Below, piece after piece: positions 9,338 through 18,402 of a stretch of 64,000 bases of DNA. The DNA is from a virus. Every line of letters starts with the position of its first letter. Position 1 is the first letter of the stretch. The DNA is taken from IMG/VR virus record IMGVR_UViG_2919155634_000002, positions 4,411 through 68,410 of that record. The stretch is one strand, 5' to 3'. Made by a program: the position numbers and the translations under genes. The notes beneath the pieces were generated by a model, which was given only the letters and a program-made list of their open reading frames with translations, made no database searches and was not told the origin of the DNA.

Positions 9338-9353
9338 CTGGATATGCGTACAG
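9338..9353 (+). promoter_or_regulatory. LexA (SOS) box
   Basis: taCTGGATATGCGTACAGtt = CTG-N10-CAG, just upstream of the DUF1654 gene RBS. Confidence 0.75.
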
Positions 9354-9370
9354 TTATCAAGGAGAGCGAA

Positions 9371-9697
9371 GTGGCCCGGAACAAAAAACTCACACCGCAA
9401 GCACGCCAAGAAATGACCGGAATAGAGCGCCTCGGCCTTCGAGTCTCATCGATGATTAATCACCCGATTGCGCAGTCGCAGCGCTGGGTGACGATCCATC
9501 GCCTGGACACTGATGGAGATATGGAGTGGGAGGAGGTGATGGGACTGCTGGTCGAAACGCCAGAATTGGACCTGACGTTCAACGACGACGATAGCGTTAC
9601 GGTGCGGTGGGAGGCACAGAGTCCTGGGGATCGCGACGACCTGGTCGTGCCAAAGGACTGGGAAGACGAGAAGCTGGAGGAGGAAGCGCCTTTCTAA
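9371..9697 (+). CDS. DUF1654-like protein
   Basis: ERLGLRVSSMINHPIAQSQRWVTIHRLDTD...W; GTG start with GGAG RBS. Confidence 0.7.
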   Translation: MARNKKLTPQARQEMTGIERLGLRVSSMINHPIAQSQRWVTIHRLDTDGDMEWEEVMGLLVETPELDLTFNDDDSVTVRWEAQSPGDRDDLVVPKDWEDEKLEEEAPF

Positions 9698-9740
9698 AGG
9701 CGTAAAAGAACTGCAGCAGGTGGGTTACTGCGTCTGAAGC

Positions 9741-10271
9741 TCAAGCGTTCGACGTATCCCAATCAAACCACTGGGCCGTCGTTCGCTTGAACCAGCCAAG
9801 GCGGCTGACATGCTTTGCGGCCTCCTCGCGGGGGTAGATTGATCGGATCACATCATCACGTGCTAGCAACTCTAACGCCGGCAGTGTTGGCGGCTCATCG
9901 GCTTCGATCCGACGAATTCTACTTCTCATCTCACGCAGCATTGCTGCATCTGGAGGGGATGCCAGCATCTCCGCCTCGATGTCTAGGTAGCGCTTCCGCA
10001 GATCGTTGTGAAGCCAGGCGCGTTGCCCAGTCCCGACTACTAGATCTACCGAGGAGGCCAAAGTGACCAACAGTGCTGACCCGCCTACAAAAAAAGCTGA
10101 AGAGCCGGCGATCAGCGAAGTCACAGTGGCCGACCCAAATACCACCCCTATGAAGGCGGTGAACCGGCCCCAGCGTAGAAAAAAAGCGCCGCGACGCATG
10201 TGATATCTGACATTGCGCTGGACATAAAACTCCAGCTCATACACCTCAGTGGCAATGTCTACATCAGTCAT
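9741..10271 (-). CDS. Two-TM membrane protein, SLATT-like
   Basis: Two adjacent hydrophobic segments (FTAFIGVVFGSATVTSLIAG; AFFVGGSALLVTLASSVDLVV) followed by a helical RAWLHNDLRKRY tail. Confidence 0.55.
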   Translation of the reverse strand: MTDVDIATEVYELEFYVQRNVRYHMRRGAFFLRWGRFTAFIGVVFGSATVTSLIAGSSAFFVGGSALLVTLASSVDLVVGTGQRAWLHNDLRKRYLDIEAEMLASPPDAAMLREMRSRIRRIEADEPPTLPALELLARDDVIRSIYPREEAAKHVSRLGWFKRTTAQWFDWDTSNA

Positions 10272-10273
10272 AG

Positions 10274-10435
10274 TCAAGGGTCTCTTTTAGGCCTTGGGGG
10301 TACTGGTCTACTTTCGGATATGGTGTTGGGGCCGCCACCGCCGTCTCTTTTGCCCCAGCCGTCCTTTGTAGGAGTTGGGCGTGGAGGGATAGGATTGGGT
10401 CTTGGCTGAGGGGGACGCTGGGGTTTGTCAGTCAC
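10274..10435 (-). CDS. Pro-rich microprotein (53 aa)
   Basis: GTG start with GGAG upstream; VTDKPQRPPQPRPNPIPPRPTPTKDGWGKRDGGGGPNTISESRPVPPRPKRDP; stop is 2 nt before the ATG of the SLATT-like gene. Confidence 0.55.
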   Translation of the reverse strand: MTDKPQRPPQPRPNPIPPRPTPTKDGWGKRDGGGGPNTISESRPVPPRPKRDP

Positions 10436-10517
10436 TTTAGCATAGCTCCATTTGCTTGATAGGTAGACGTATGACTTCGCAGCTTGAGCTCAGTCCTTGA
10501 GACAGAGATAGCCGGTG

Positions 10518-11360
10518 TTACACCAGATGAGCATTCCAGACCAGTAGCACCCGGGCCTGAATATAGGTCTCATCAACCCGAATGTCCTCAGGCGGATGAT
10601 TCGTGTTGTCGGAGATCATTTTGAAATGGTCGCGGCCCTTCTTCTGGAGGCGCTTGATGTACTGGTGGCCCTGATGGGAGAAGTAGTAGATCCCGTCGCC
10701 CACGAACTCGCGGATGCTGATGTCGACGACCAGCGGGTCGCGGCTTTTGATGGTCGGCGCCATGGATTGGCCTACGCCTGTGATGAGCTTCAGATGGAAA
10801 TGCTCTTTGAACTCGACCCCCATCTCTCGCAGGTGAGTAGGGCTGACTCGGATGTCCTGGAGCATCTCAGGGAAATCGTGAGCGACCTCGCCATCGCCCA
10901 TTGCTCCGCGCACGTCGTAGTGGGCGATCCACACTTCGTCGCCCACTAGGCCTGGGCGAGGGAAATCGGCAGTCAACAGCTTAGTCGCTGATTGCTCCGC
11001 AGATTTTTCATCAATAGCTTCCGCGATCTTCTTTCGAGCATCGGCAGACAACCCTTTGCCGTGCTTCACCAGCATTTGGCGGACGATTTCTGAAGTCGAT
11101 AATGAATCATGCGGCTTAGGCTCAGCGTAGCTGTCAGTAAGCGGCTCGTAACCCCTTAACTGATCAGTGCTGATGCCAAAAAAATCGGCAATGGGGCGGA
11201 CCTGCCTGTCTGCGGGCTCTTTGATCCCCTTGGTGCCCAGAGGCTTGAGAATCCTGGAGATGGTCGATTGCCCGACCCCTGTTCGCTCAGATAGCTCTAC
11301 CTGATTGATGCCTTTTTCGGCCATCAGGTGAGCGAGAATTTTATCTATCGATTTATGCAT
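10518..11360 (-). CDS. cI: CI-like repressor (XRE HTH + S24 autopeptidase)
   Basis: N-terminal HTH (INQVELSERTGVGQSTISRI); C-terminal S24 (GQSMAPT, YIKRL); divergent from cro. Confidence 0.92.
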   Translation of the reverse strand: MHKSIDKILAHLMAEKGINQVELSERTGVGQSTISRILKPLGTKGIKEPADRQVRPIADFFGISTDQLRGYEPLTDSYAEPKPHDSLSTSEIVRQMLVKHGKGLSADARKKIAEAIDEKSAEQSATKLLTADFPRPGLVGDEVWIAHYDVRGAMGDGEVAHDFPEMLQDIRVSPTHLREMGVEFKEHFHLKLITGVGQSMAPTIKSRDPLVVDISIREFVGDGIYYFSHQGHQYIKRLQKKGRDHFKMISDNTNHPPEDIRVDETYIQARVLLVWNAHLV

Positions 11361-11437
11361 AGGTGCAATGCTGCCTCCCAGCAGTGCATAGAGCAATATG
11401 GTGGTTCGTTGACATATATGCACCAGTGCATGATCAT
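11355..11437 (+). promoter_or_regulatory. OR/pR region
   Basis: TTGACA at 11409-11414; operator ATGCACCAGTGCAT at 11418-11431 (same as OL); degenerate ATGCATAGGTGCAA at 11355-11368 over the cI start. Confidence 0.75.
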
Positions 11438-11462
11438 GTGCATATCCCCAAAGGAGGCAGCC

Positions 11463-11684
11463 ATGGGCGCTACCGATCTTCCAAACAAGCTGACCGCATT
11501 GCTTGGCTCAGGCCTGACCTACAAGGCCATTGCCGAGCGTGCGAAATGCGACATCTCGACGATTTTCCGCATCCGCAACGGACAGATAAGCAATCCGAGC
11601 TATGTAGCAGGATCTGCGATCGACCAGATGCATGCAGAACTGACGAAGCCGCGCAAAAAAAATGCAAAGACAACAGCCGCGTAG
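11463..11684 (+). CDS. cro: Cro-like repressor
   Basis: 73 aa HTH (LTYKAIAERAKCDISTIFRI), AGGAGG RBS, divergent from cI. Confidence 0.85.
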   Translation: MGATDLPNKLTALLGSGLTYKAIAERAKCDISTIFRIRNGQISNPSYVAGSAIDQMHAELTKPRKKNAKTTAA

Positions 11685-11852
11685 GTCAGGGCGCTCGGGT
11701 TTTCCCGGACGGTTCCTGTATCGAAGTATCTACAACATGGCGCTTCGCCAGTAGATGACCGAAACACCTGCTGATCCATCCAGTACCCGAATCGCAGGCA
11801 CAAAAAAACCGGGTGGCAGCCCGGCTTCTTCAACAAAACATCGAGGTCGATT

Positions 11853-12614
11853 ATGCATAGAGCGATCGATGCAAGCAACACCCACGCTCCCTCGGCAGTT
11901 CCATGCACTGAGCGACTGCGCCGATTGATGTCGACTCGTGAAGTGGCTGAGTTGACCGGCAAGAGTCACGACAACGTTCTGCGTGACGCTCGAGCCTTGG
12001 CAAAAAGGGGTGTCCTCAAATCTGAGGAGACCCCCTACGTGCATCCCCAAAACGGCCAGGCTTACCCTGAATTCCTTCTTGATCAGAGGGATGTCCTGGT
12101 GCTGGTTTCGGGCTACGACGCGTCACTCCGGGCCAGGATCATTGATCGCTGGCAGGAACTGGAGGCCCGAGTGCTGGCGCACCTGCAGGTCCCGACAAAC
12201 TTCGCAGAGGCGCTGCGTCTTGCTGCCGACAAGGCAGAGGAAAACCAGCGCCTCCAAGATACGCTCGCCAGGCAGGCCCCGAAGGTAGCAGCGATTGTGC
12301 GTCTGCCGGGTGCAGGCGGCGCCATATGCGTCACCGATGCTGCGAAGCAGCTTCAGGTGGCGCCATTCAAGCTGTTTGGCTGGCTGGAAGAAAACCGCTG
12401 GATCTACCGTCGTCGCGGCTCCAAGCGATGGATTGCCTATCAGCCCCGGATCAGTGCGGGGCTGCTCAAGCACAAAGTGACCGGCCTCAAGCCTGATCCC
12501 GAAACAGGCAGTGACCGGGCGGCGTTCGATGTTCTGGTCACGCCGAAGGGGTTGGCACGCCTGGCAGAGCTTCTCGCAGTGCCCGTGGCTGGCCTAAGCA
12601 TAGGGCGGAGCTGA
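11853..12614 (+). CDS. Rha-family / KilAC antirepressor
   Basis: MSTREVAELTGKSHDNVLRD (Rha), PTNFAEALRLAAD linker, APKV...VTPKG (KilAC). Confidence 0.85.
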   Translation: MHRAIDASNTHAPSAVPCTERLRRLMSTREVAELTGKSHDNVLRDARALAKRGVLKSEETPYVHPQNGQAYPEFLLDQRDVLVLVSGYDASLRARIIDRWQELEARVLAHLQVPTNFAEALRLAADKAEENQRLQDTLARQAPKVAAIVRLPGAGGAICVTDAAKQLQVAPFKLFGWLEENRWIYRRRGSKRWIAYQPRISAGLLKHKVTGLKPDPETGSDRAAFDVLVTPKGLARLAELLAVPVAGLSIGRS

Positions 12615-12615
12615 C

Positions 12616-13587
12616 ATGCAATTCACTGTAACCATCAACCAGGTCAAGGCCTTGGAGTGGGGACTCAACTCCCAGCAGGCGTTGCTGTTCGCATTCGTTT
12701 ATGGCTGCCCGAGTTGGGCAAAGGCGATGACGACTGAGCAGGGCGTCTTCTTCGTGCTGAGCAAGGCCAAGATCATCGAAGAGCTGCCGCTGCTGACGGA
12801 TAAGCCCGACACGGCGTATCGCATGCTGAAGGCGCTGCAGGACGTTGGCCTGATCGAGCTTTCGAGCACTTCGAGTGTCACGCTTTTCCGGCTGACCGAC
12901 AAGGCAGCGCAGTGGAACAAAAAAGAGGATGGGTCGGAAAAATATCCGACCTTGAAGGCGGGTACAGAGGGTCGGAAAAAAATCCGATCCACCTCGGAAA
13001 AAAATCCGAGCAGGGTCGGAAATAAATCCGAGCCAGGGTCGGAAAAATCTCCGACAAATCAAGATACCAGTAATCAAGATACCAATCAGGGTACCAGTCA
13101 CAGTACGCAGGATGCCCCGGCTCCGCCGTCGCAACCCACGGGGCTGACGCTGGTTCCGGCTGGTGCACCTCGGTGTGAAATCCCCGAGGACATGCCAGGG
13201 CCGAAGGACCAGACCTGCAAGACCTACAAGGCCTGGGCCAACTACGCCATGGCCTATCGCAAGCGCTACGGCGCCTGGCCAGTGTGGAACGCCAAGGTCG
13301 GCGGGCAACTGGGGCAACTGATCGACCGCCTGGGTATCGACGTCGCCCACCAAGTGGCCGCGTACTTCGTGTCGATCAACGACTCCAGACTGATCAACGG
13401 CTGCCACAACCTGGGCGACCTGCTCACCAAGTGTGAGGCCTACCACACCCAGTGGGTCACAAACCGGCAGATGAACGCGACCACTGCGCGCCAGCAGGAG
13501 CAGACCCAAGCAAACATCAATGCGGCCCACGATGCCGCCGATGCCATACGCAACAACCAGGGGGGTAAGCGCAATGCTTTCCTGTGA
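12616..13587 (+). CDS. Replication initiator (lambda O position)
   Basis: N-terminal wHTH, central iteron-encoded low-complexity segment, C-terminal helical domain. Confidence 0.8.
   Translation: MQFTVTINQVKALEWGLNSQQALLFAFVYGCPSWAKAMTTEQGVFFVLSKAKIIEELPLLTDKPDTAYRMLKALQDVGLIELSSTSSVTLFRLTDKAAQWNKKEDGSEKYPTLKAGTEGRKKIRSTSEKNPSRVGNKSEPGSEKSPTNQDTSNQDTNQGTSHSTQDAPAPPSQPTGLTLVPAGAPRCEIPEDMPGPKDQTCKTYKAWANYAMAYRKRYGAWPVWNAKVGGQLGQLIDRLGIDVAHQVAAYFVSINDSRLINGCHNLGDLLTKCEAYHTQWVTNRQMNATTARQQEQTQANINAAHDAADAIRNNQGGKRNAFL
12933..13055. repeat. Helper replication origin: five palindromic iterons TCGGA-N6-TCCGA
   Basis: 18-mers at 12933, 12971, 12993, 13015, 13038 (spacing 38/22/22/23) inside the initiator gene, followed by AATCAAGATACCA repeats. 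Confidence 0.8.
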
Positions 13588-14353
13588 TGACATCGCCGAG
13601 TTGGCTATGGCTATTTGCGCAACGGCTGAAGCCATGGGCCAGACCATCAGTGCCGCTGGGGCCAAGCTGATCGCCGAAGACCTGTCAGCGCACGAACCTG
13701 AGGTGATCGTTGCCGCCCTGCGCGCTTGTCGTCGTGAACCAGCCGGGCGCCTGTCGCTGGGCATGGTCCTGAAGCATATCCACGCTGCCGATGGCCGGCC
13801 CGGTAAGGATGAAGCGTGGTCCATCGCCCTGGCGGCCAATGACGAATACGAGACGGTAGTGCTCACCCACGAGGTTCGCCAGGCCATGGTGGCGTCCCAG
13901 CCGATTCTCGAAGCAGGCGACAAGATTGGCGCCCGAATGGCTTTCATGAGCGCTTATGAGCGCTTGGTCAGCTTCGCTCGCGCTGAAGACAAGCCTGTCA
14001 CCTGGGAGGTTTCTCTGGGCTTCGATTCCGGGCGGCGCGTGACGGCCGTTGAAACCGCTGTGCGGACTCAATTGATCAGCCGTGACATGGGGGACAAGTA
14101 CCTCGCCGACCTTCGCATAGCTCCGGTGACTGCTGACGGCCAGGCCATCGCAGGCCTGCTTACAGGGGCGGTGCGCACTCAGCCCAGCGCCGCGGTGCGG
14201 GAGAAGCTTGCAGAAGTCCGCTCGATATTGACGGCTTCCAAGGCAAAGAAAGATAGCGCCCGTGCGAAAGAGGCGCAGCGGCGCCGTGTAAGCACCTACC
14301 TCCGCAAGCGCCAGGCTCGCGCCGCGTTGGCTGGGTTGGGCGTGCAGCAGTGA
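13574..14353 (+). CDS. Replication accessory protein (P/DnaC position)
   Basis: Overlaps the initiator stop; position and ORF track. Confidence 0.65.
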   Translation: MLSCDDIAELAMAICATAEAMGQTISAAGAKLIAEDLSAHEPEVIVAALRACRREPAGRLSLGMVLKHIHAADGRPGKDEAWSIALAANDEYETVVLTHEVRQAMVASQPILEAGDKIGARMAFMSAYERLVSFARAEDKPVTWEVSLGFDSGRRVTAVETAVRTQLISRDMGDKYLADLRIAPVTADGQAIAGLLTGAVRTQPSAAVREKLAEVRSILTASKAKKDSARAKEAQRRRVSTYLRKRQARAALAGLGVQQ

Positions 14354-14481
14354 AACGAATCTGGACCGTGCACGTACCAGGCTATCAGCCGTTTTCCATG
14401 GTGCTGATGGACGGTCCCTTAGACCAGCCCGGCGCTCTTCGCCAGGCAAGACTGATATGGCTGCATTGCGAGGTTGAATGA
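14350..14481 (+). CDS. 43-aa protein with WxVxVPGxxPFxM motif
   Basis: GTGA and ATGA overlaps on both sides; VKRIWTVHVPGYQPFSMVLMDGPLDQPGALRQARLIWLHCEVE. Confidence 0.7.
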   Translation: MKRIWTVHVPGYQPFSMVLMDGPLDQPGALRQARLIWLHCEVE

Positions 14482-14777
14482 TGAGGCAGACCAAGCTGAC
14501 CAAGGCCGCGCGTGGCCGCGAGTGCCAAGTGCGTATCCCAGGCGTGTGCAACGGTAACCCCGAAACTACTGTGTTGGCGCACTACCGCCTGGCGGGTACC
14601 TGTGGCGTCGGTAAAAAGCCGCACGACATGCAGGGCGCATGGTGCTGCAGCGCTTGCCATGACGCATGCGACGGCCGAAGCCACGTGATTGACCGTATAA
14701 CCGCTCGCCAATACCACGCCGAGGGCGTGATGCGAACCCAGGCGCAGCTCATCAGCGAGGGGGTCTTGGTCGCATGA
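14478..14777 (+). CDS. DUF1364 / YbcO-like Zn-binding nuclease
   Basis: ARGRECQVRIPGVCNGNPETTVLAHYR...CSACHD. Confidence 0.85.
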   Translation: MMRQTKLTKAARGRECQVRIPGVCNGNPETTVLAHYRLAGTCGVGKKPHDMQGAWCCSACHDACDGRSHVIDRITARQYHAEGVMRTQAQLISEGVLVA

Positions 14778-15202
14778 CTGCGTTGGCCATGCGCACGTTC
14801 AAGCCACGCAAGCCACGCGCCAAGCCCGTCGACAGGGAAGGGCAGGAGCAGGCAGCGCTGATGCAGGAGCTGCAGCTGCGTTATCCGCAGGTGTTCAAAC
14901 TGATCTATCACGTTCCGAACGGGGGGCACCGAGTGAAGGCGGTGGCTGGCAAGCTCAAGGCCCAGGGCGTCAAAGCAGGCGTGCCCGATCTTGTCCTCCC
15001 AATGGCCCGCGGTGGCTGGTTCGGCTTGTATATCGAATTCAAAGCTTTGCCGCCGTTCGATGCTGATATCTCACCCAGTCAGCACGCTTATATCGAGGCT
15101 CTAACCCAACAGGGCTACCTGGCGATTGTGTGCCGGGGCCGTATTGATGCCGTTGAAGCGATACGTGCCTACCTCCTGCAGCCTGCGACGGTGGCAGCAT
15201 GA
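14774..15202 (+). CDS. VRR-NUC domain nuclease
   Basis: HVPNGG...GVKAGVPDL...IEFK...Q PD-(D/E)xK pattern. Confidence 0.85.
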   Translation: MTALAMRTFKPRKPRAKPVDREGQEQAALMQELQLRYPQVFKLIYHVPNGGHRVKAVAGKLKAQGVKAGVPDLVLPMARGGWFGLYIEFKALPPFDADISPSQHAYIEALTQQGYLAIVCRGRIDAVEAIRAYLLQPATVAA

Positions 15203-16497
15203 GCGCAACTCGGTCCGTCAAATTTACGGAAACCGAGGTGCGCCGACAGGCCGCCGACCTGGCCGTGCGCGACCTGCGCGATCCGCGTTACCCGGGCCTG
15301 TACCTGCGCTTCTGGTCAGATCGATCTAGGGGCACCTGGCACCTGGTTCGCGGCAAGCAGTGGGTACGGGTAGCACGCTGGCCTGATCTGGGCGCTGCGG
15401 CCGTAATCGCTGAGCTGCCCGCACTGCGCCAGCGTATGCTTCGCGACCCGGCCACCGCACCAGTCGCGTCGTGCATGGCTACAGTGGGTCAGCTGCTCGA
15501 TTGGTATGGTGACCGCATGGGCCGAGACCGGGCGCTGTCTGCTAAGCGCAAGGCGGGTGCACGATCGGCGATTGCGCAGCACCTGAAGCCGCGCTTGGAC
15601 GACTTGTCCATAGCTGATGTGACCGCCGACAGCCTGGACAAGCAGCTGATGTGGCCGTCTCAGGCCGAGGTGTCGCTATCGTACCTGCGCCAGATGTTCG
15701 CGTTGCTGCTGACCGCCTTCAAGCAGGCAAAGCGCCTGGGGCTGGTCGTGGCCGATCCCATGGCCGGCATGCGCTTCAGCGACTTCACCAAGGCCAAGAT
15801 CATGCCTAAAGCCTCCCGACTGCGAGCCGTGCAGTTGCCTGAGGTCATGCAGCAGCTGGTACATGCCTTTGATGACGCGCCCGAGAAAGTGATGCTAGCC
15901 CTGATGATGCTGGCGCATGGCACCCGGATCGGCGAGACCCGTATGGCACGGTGGAGCGAGGTTTCGGTAACGGTCGGTGAATGGTTCATCCCTGCGGCGA
16001 ACGCCAAGACCCGGACCGAACACCGCCTCCCGCTGACCGCCCAGCTATGCGCTCTGCTGACGCGCTACCGGGATATCCAGCAGGCCAGTGGTTACGAAGG
16101 CGTTTACCTGTTCCCGAACCGGCGCGGCGTGTGCTTGAGCGAAGGCCAGGCCAGCGCAGTGTTTACCGAGCTGGGCCGAGGCGAGTGGACCAGCCACGAC
16201 TTGCGCAAGGTATCGCGCAGCACCTGGACCGACCTCGGCATTGATGGACATATCGGCGAGATGCTGCTCAACCATTCACTGGGCAAGATCGCCAGCACCT
16301 ACATCCACACCCAGGCCATGGCGCAGCGCAGGGCAGCCCTTGAGAAGTGGCATGCCTGGTTAGACGGCATCGGCTTTGGGCGCATACACGGCCTTACAGA
16401 GGCCTTATCCGAAATCCCACAGATCCAGGCGCAGGCGGCAGCGGGCAAGGCCTGTAGCCGCCATCCCGAATTTGTTACTAGCGAGGATTTGAAATGA
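15199..16497 (+). CDS. Tyrosine recombinase in the nin region
   Basis: Catalytic R (HGTRIGE), HxxR (HDLR), H and Y (LNHSLGKIASTY) all present. Confidence 0.88.
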   Translation: MSATRSVKFTETEVRRQAADLAVRDLRDPRYPGLYLRFWSDRSRGTWHLVRGKQWVRVARWPDLGAAAVIAELPALRQRMLRDPATAPVASCMATVGQLLDWYGDRMGRDRALSAKRKAGARSAIAQHLKPRLDDLSIADVTADSLDKQLMWPSQAEVSLSYLRQMFALLLTAFKQAKRLGLVVADPMAGMRFSDFTKAKIMPKASRLRAVQLPEVMQQLVHAFDDAPEKVMLALMMLAHGTRIGETRMARWSEVSVTVGEWFIPAANAKTRTEHRLPLTAQLCALLTRYRDIQQASGYEGVYLFPNRRGVCLSEGQASAVFTELGRGEWTSHDLRKVSRSTWTDLGIDGHIGEMLLNHSLGKIASTYIHTQAMAQRRAALEKWHAWLDGIGFGRIHGLTEALSEIPQIQAQAAAGKACSRHPEFVTSEDLK

Positions 16498-16721
16498 GCA
16501 AATGCAGCATGCCTGCCCAGGTCGTCCGCCTCGGTCAGCACTGCGCCACGGGCCCGAAGGAGTTTGCCAGGTCCCAGGTGTTCATGGTCTGCATCCAAAA
16601 TTTCGATGACCACAGGCGTCTGAGCGTGACCATGCTGGGAGGACGCCGATTCGAGATCGACAGCCGCGAGTGCCCCTATGACCTAGACCGCGCTGTCGAT
16701 TGGCTGATGGGGGAAGCGTGA
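16494..16721 (+). CDS. Hypothetical protein
   Basis: ATGA overlap; ORF track. Confidence 0.6.
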   Translation: MSKCSMPAQVVRLGQHCATGPKEFARSQVFMVCIQNFDDHRRLSVTMLGGRRFEIDSRECPYDLDRAVDWLMGEA

Positions 16722-17035
16722 GCAGGAGCCACGGTCCATCACTGCGCAAACAGCGGATCACGCTCAGCAAGTGTCCGGACTGCCTGGGCCGAGCAGTGGT
16801 AAAGGGGGTGTTTTATGAACTGCCCTGCGGCTTGTGCAACGCTTCAGGCTGGGTGTCGGCTATCACGGGCGAGCCTTTACCACTGGAAGAACTGGTAACG
16901 CAGTTGGGCCTGCGTGTGCACGAGCTGGAGCAGCAGGTTGATAGCCAGCGGCCTCTGCGCACTACGGGTCCATCTGATCAATACGAAACGAACAACCGTC
17001 GCGGCGCCGGCGGCACAAACTTCACCGGGGATTGA
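16718..17035 (+). CDS. Zn-finger (CPDC...CGLC) protein
   Basis: DnaJ-like CxxCxG repeats; GTGA overlap. Confidence 0.65.
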   Translation: MSRSHGPSLRKQRITLSKCPDCLGRAVVKGVFYELPCGLCNASGWVSAITGEPLPLEELVTQLGLRVHELEQQVDSQRPLRTTGPSDQYETNNRRGAGGTNFTGD

Positions 17036-17042
17036 TGACCAG

Positions 17043-17432
17043 ATGAAAAAACGAACCTATGTTGATAAGGCCCTGGGCGATACGGCTTACATGCTAGAGC
17101 AGTGGGGCTGGTGGCGGATGGATGGAATGGGGGTGCCCCAGTACGTTTGCCCTCTATATGCACTCATGCGGGACAATGCTCCAGCAGAAGGTGGGGTGAA
17201 GCAGTACGTCATCACCGATGATCTAGCCTTGGCCGTGGACGGCGCCGTCTCAAGACTTTGCAAGCGCAACCCACAAATGGGGGGATTCGTTTGGCTGTAC
17301 TTCGGGGCAAAGTGGCCAGCACTGCGGGTTGGTCGCCATCACCAGATGAGTGAGGCAAAGGCGCGTGAGCTGATCAATACCGGCGTGGCTTGGATAGACT
17401 GCGCGCTCGAACAATTGCGAGAAGTCGCATAA
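17043..17432 (+). CDS. Antiterminator Q family protein
   Basis: LEQWGWW...VDGAVSRL...G.AWID pattern; position before the late operon. Confidence 0.8.
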   Translation: MKKRTYVDKALGDTAYMLEQWGWWRMDGMGVPQYVCPLYALMRDNAPAEGGVKQYVITDDLALAVDGAVSRLCKRNPQMGGFVWLYFGAKWPALRVGRHHQMSEAKARELINTGVAWIDCALEQLREVA

Positions 17433-17503
17433 AAAGCTTTCCGCGCGGATAAACACCTGTTTTCATAGCAGCGTGTCCAGCTTGCAAGCAACGTGACACC
17501 TAC

Positions 17504-17531
17504 AAACCCTGGCTACTTGGCTGGGGTTTTT
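17504..17531 (+). terminator. Intrinsic terminator candidate (tR'-like) after Q
   Basis: aaaccctggc-tactt-ggctggggttttt stem with G-U pairs and a T-run. Confidence 0.5.
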
Positions 17532-17620
17532 ACATTCAGAATTTGCATTACAGCGGAACGAATTGATGGCACTCTGATTCTGATAGCTTGCTAAGAAAAA
17601 CCCATCAGGATTTTTTGATC

Positions 17621-18130
17621 ATGAAAAAAATTATCACCGCTGCGGTGTTAGCTTTTTTGGCTACCGGCACACAGGCTGCTGACCTTTCTGGCGCAATCGG
17701 GGCGACAAGCCAGGGCGGCTTGACTGCTCGTGCAGCTGTAGGTTTTGACTGGGACAAGAGCTGGTTTGAAACCAACACCGGCCGCTTAACCGGCTACTGG
17801 GATGCTGGCTACACCTACTGGGAAGCTGGAGACGCTTCCGGTGGAGCCCATTCGCTGTCCTTCTCCCCTGTGTTCGTTTATGAGTTTGGCAGCGGTAACG
17901 TAAAGCCATTTATTGAAGCGGGTATCGGGTTGGCGGTTTTCTCTGGTACCTCCGCTGGCGATCAGGAATTCGGCTCGGCCTTCAACTTCGAGGACCGCAT
18001 CGGCGCGGGCTTAAAGATTGGCGAGACTCAGAAAATCGGTATTCGAGCAATGCATTACTCCAACGCTGGCATCAAACAGCCAAACGATGGCATTGAGTCG
18101 TACTCGCTTTTCTATAGCCACCGGATTTGA
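17621..18130 (+). CDS. pagL: Lipid A 3-O-deacylase PagL (outer-membrane beta-barrel), moron
   Basis: Signal peptide, amphipathic beta strands, FNFEDRIGAG and catalytic HYSNAG motif. Confidence 0.9.
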   Translation: MKKIITAAVLAFLATGTQAADLSGAIGATSQGGLTARAAVGFDWDKSWFETNTGRLTGYWDAGYTYWEAGDASGGAHSLSFSPVFVYEFGSGNVKPFIEAGIGLAVFSGTSAGDQEFGSAFNFEDRIGAGLKIGETQKIGIRAMHYSNAGIKQPNDGIESYSLFYSHRI

Positions 18131-18174
18131 TTGGTCGATCTCGTTTCGTCCGCCATGCGCGGACGTTACGGGTT

Positions 18175-18402
18175 TTAGGCATAGAGCGTGATGCGCACAT
18201 CGGATATGCCCAAATCGGCGACCGCCCTAGCCAGTTCTTCATGAGCGACAGGGAACGGCACGCGCATTGCCGTCACGGGATCTGTATGAGCATGCAGCCG
18301 CAGAAGCACAGCAAGAGCGTCATTCCGGCGAAATGACGTCGGCGAATCGCAAACCCAAAACCGGGCATGTCCTCTAAGGTTGTAGTCGATTTTGTATTTC
18401 AT
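18175..18402 (-). CDS. Small protein, paralog of the adjacent gene (DUF6555-like)
   Basis: IDYNLRGHARFW...AVADLGISDV; ATGA overlap. Confidence 0.6.
   Translation of the reverse strand: MKYKIDYNLRGHARFWVCDSPTSFRRNDALAVLLRLHAHTDPVTAMRVPFPVAHEELARAVADLGISDVRITLYA

Noticed and set aside
12933-13055. CRISPR-like array
   Set aside because: Spacers are only 4-20 bp and the repeats lie in-frame within a replication gene, which fits iterons. No cas genes in the window.
15199-16497. This recombinase as the prophage's integrase
   Set aside because: It lies mid-genome in the nin region with no adjacent att site; the true integrase is expected beyond the left edge.
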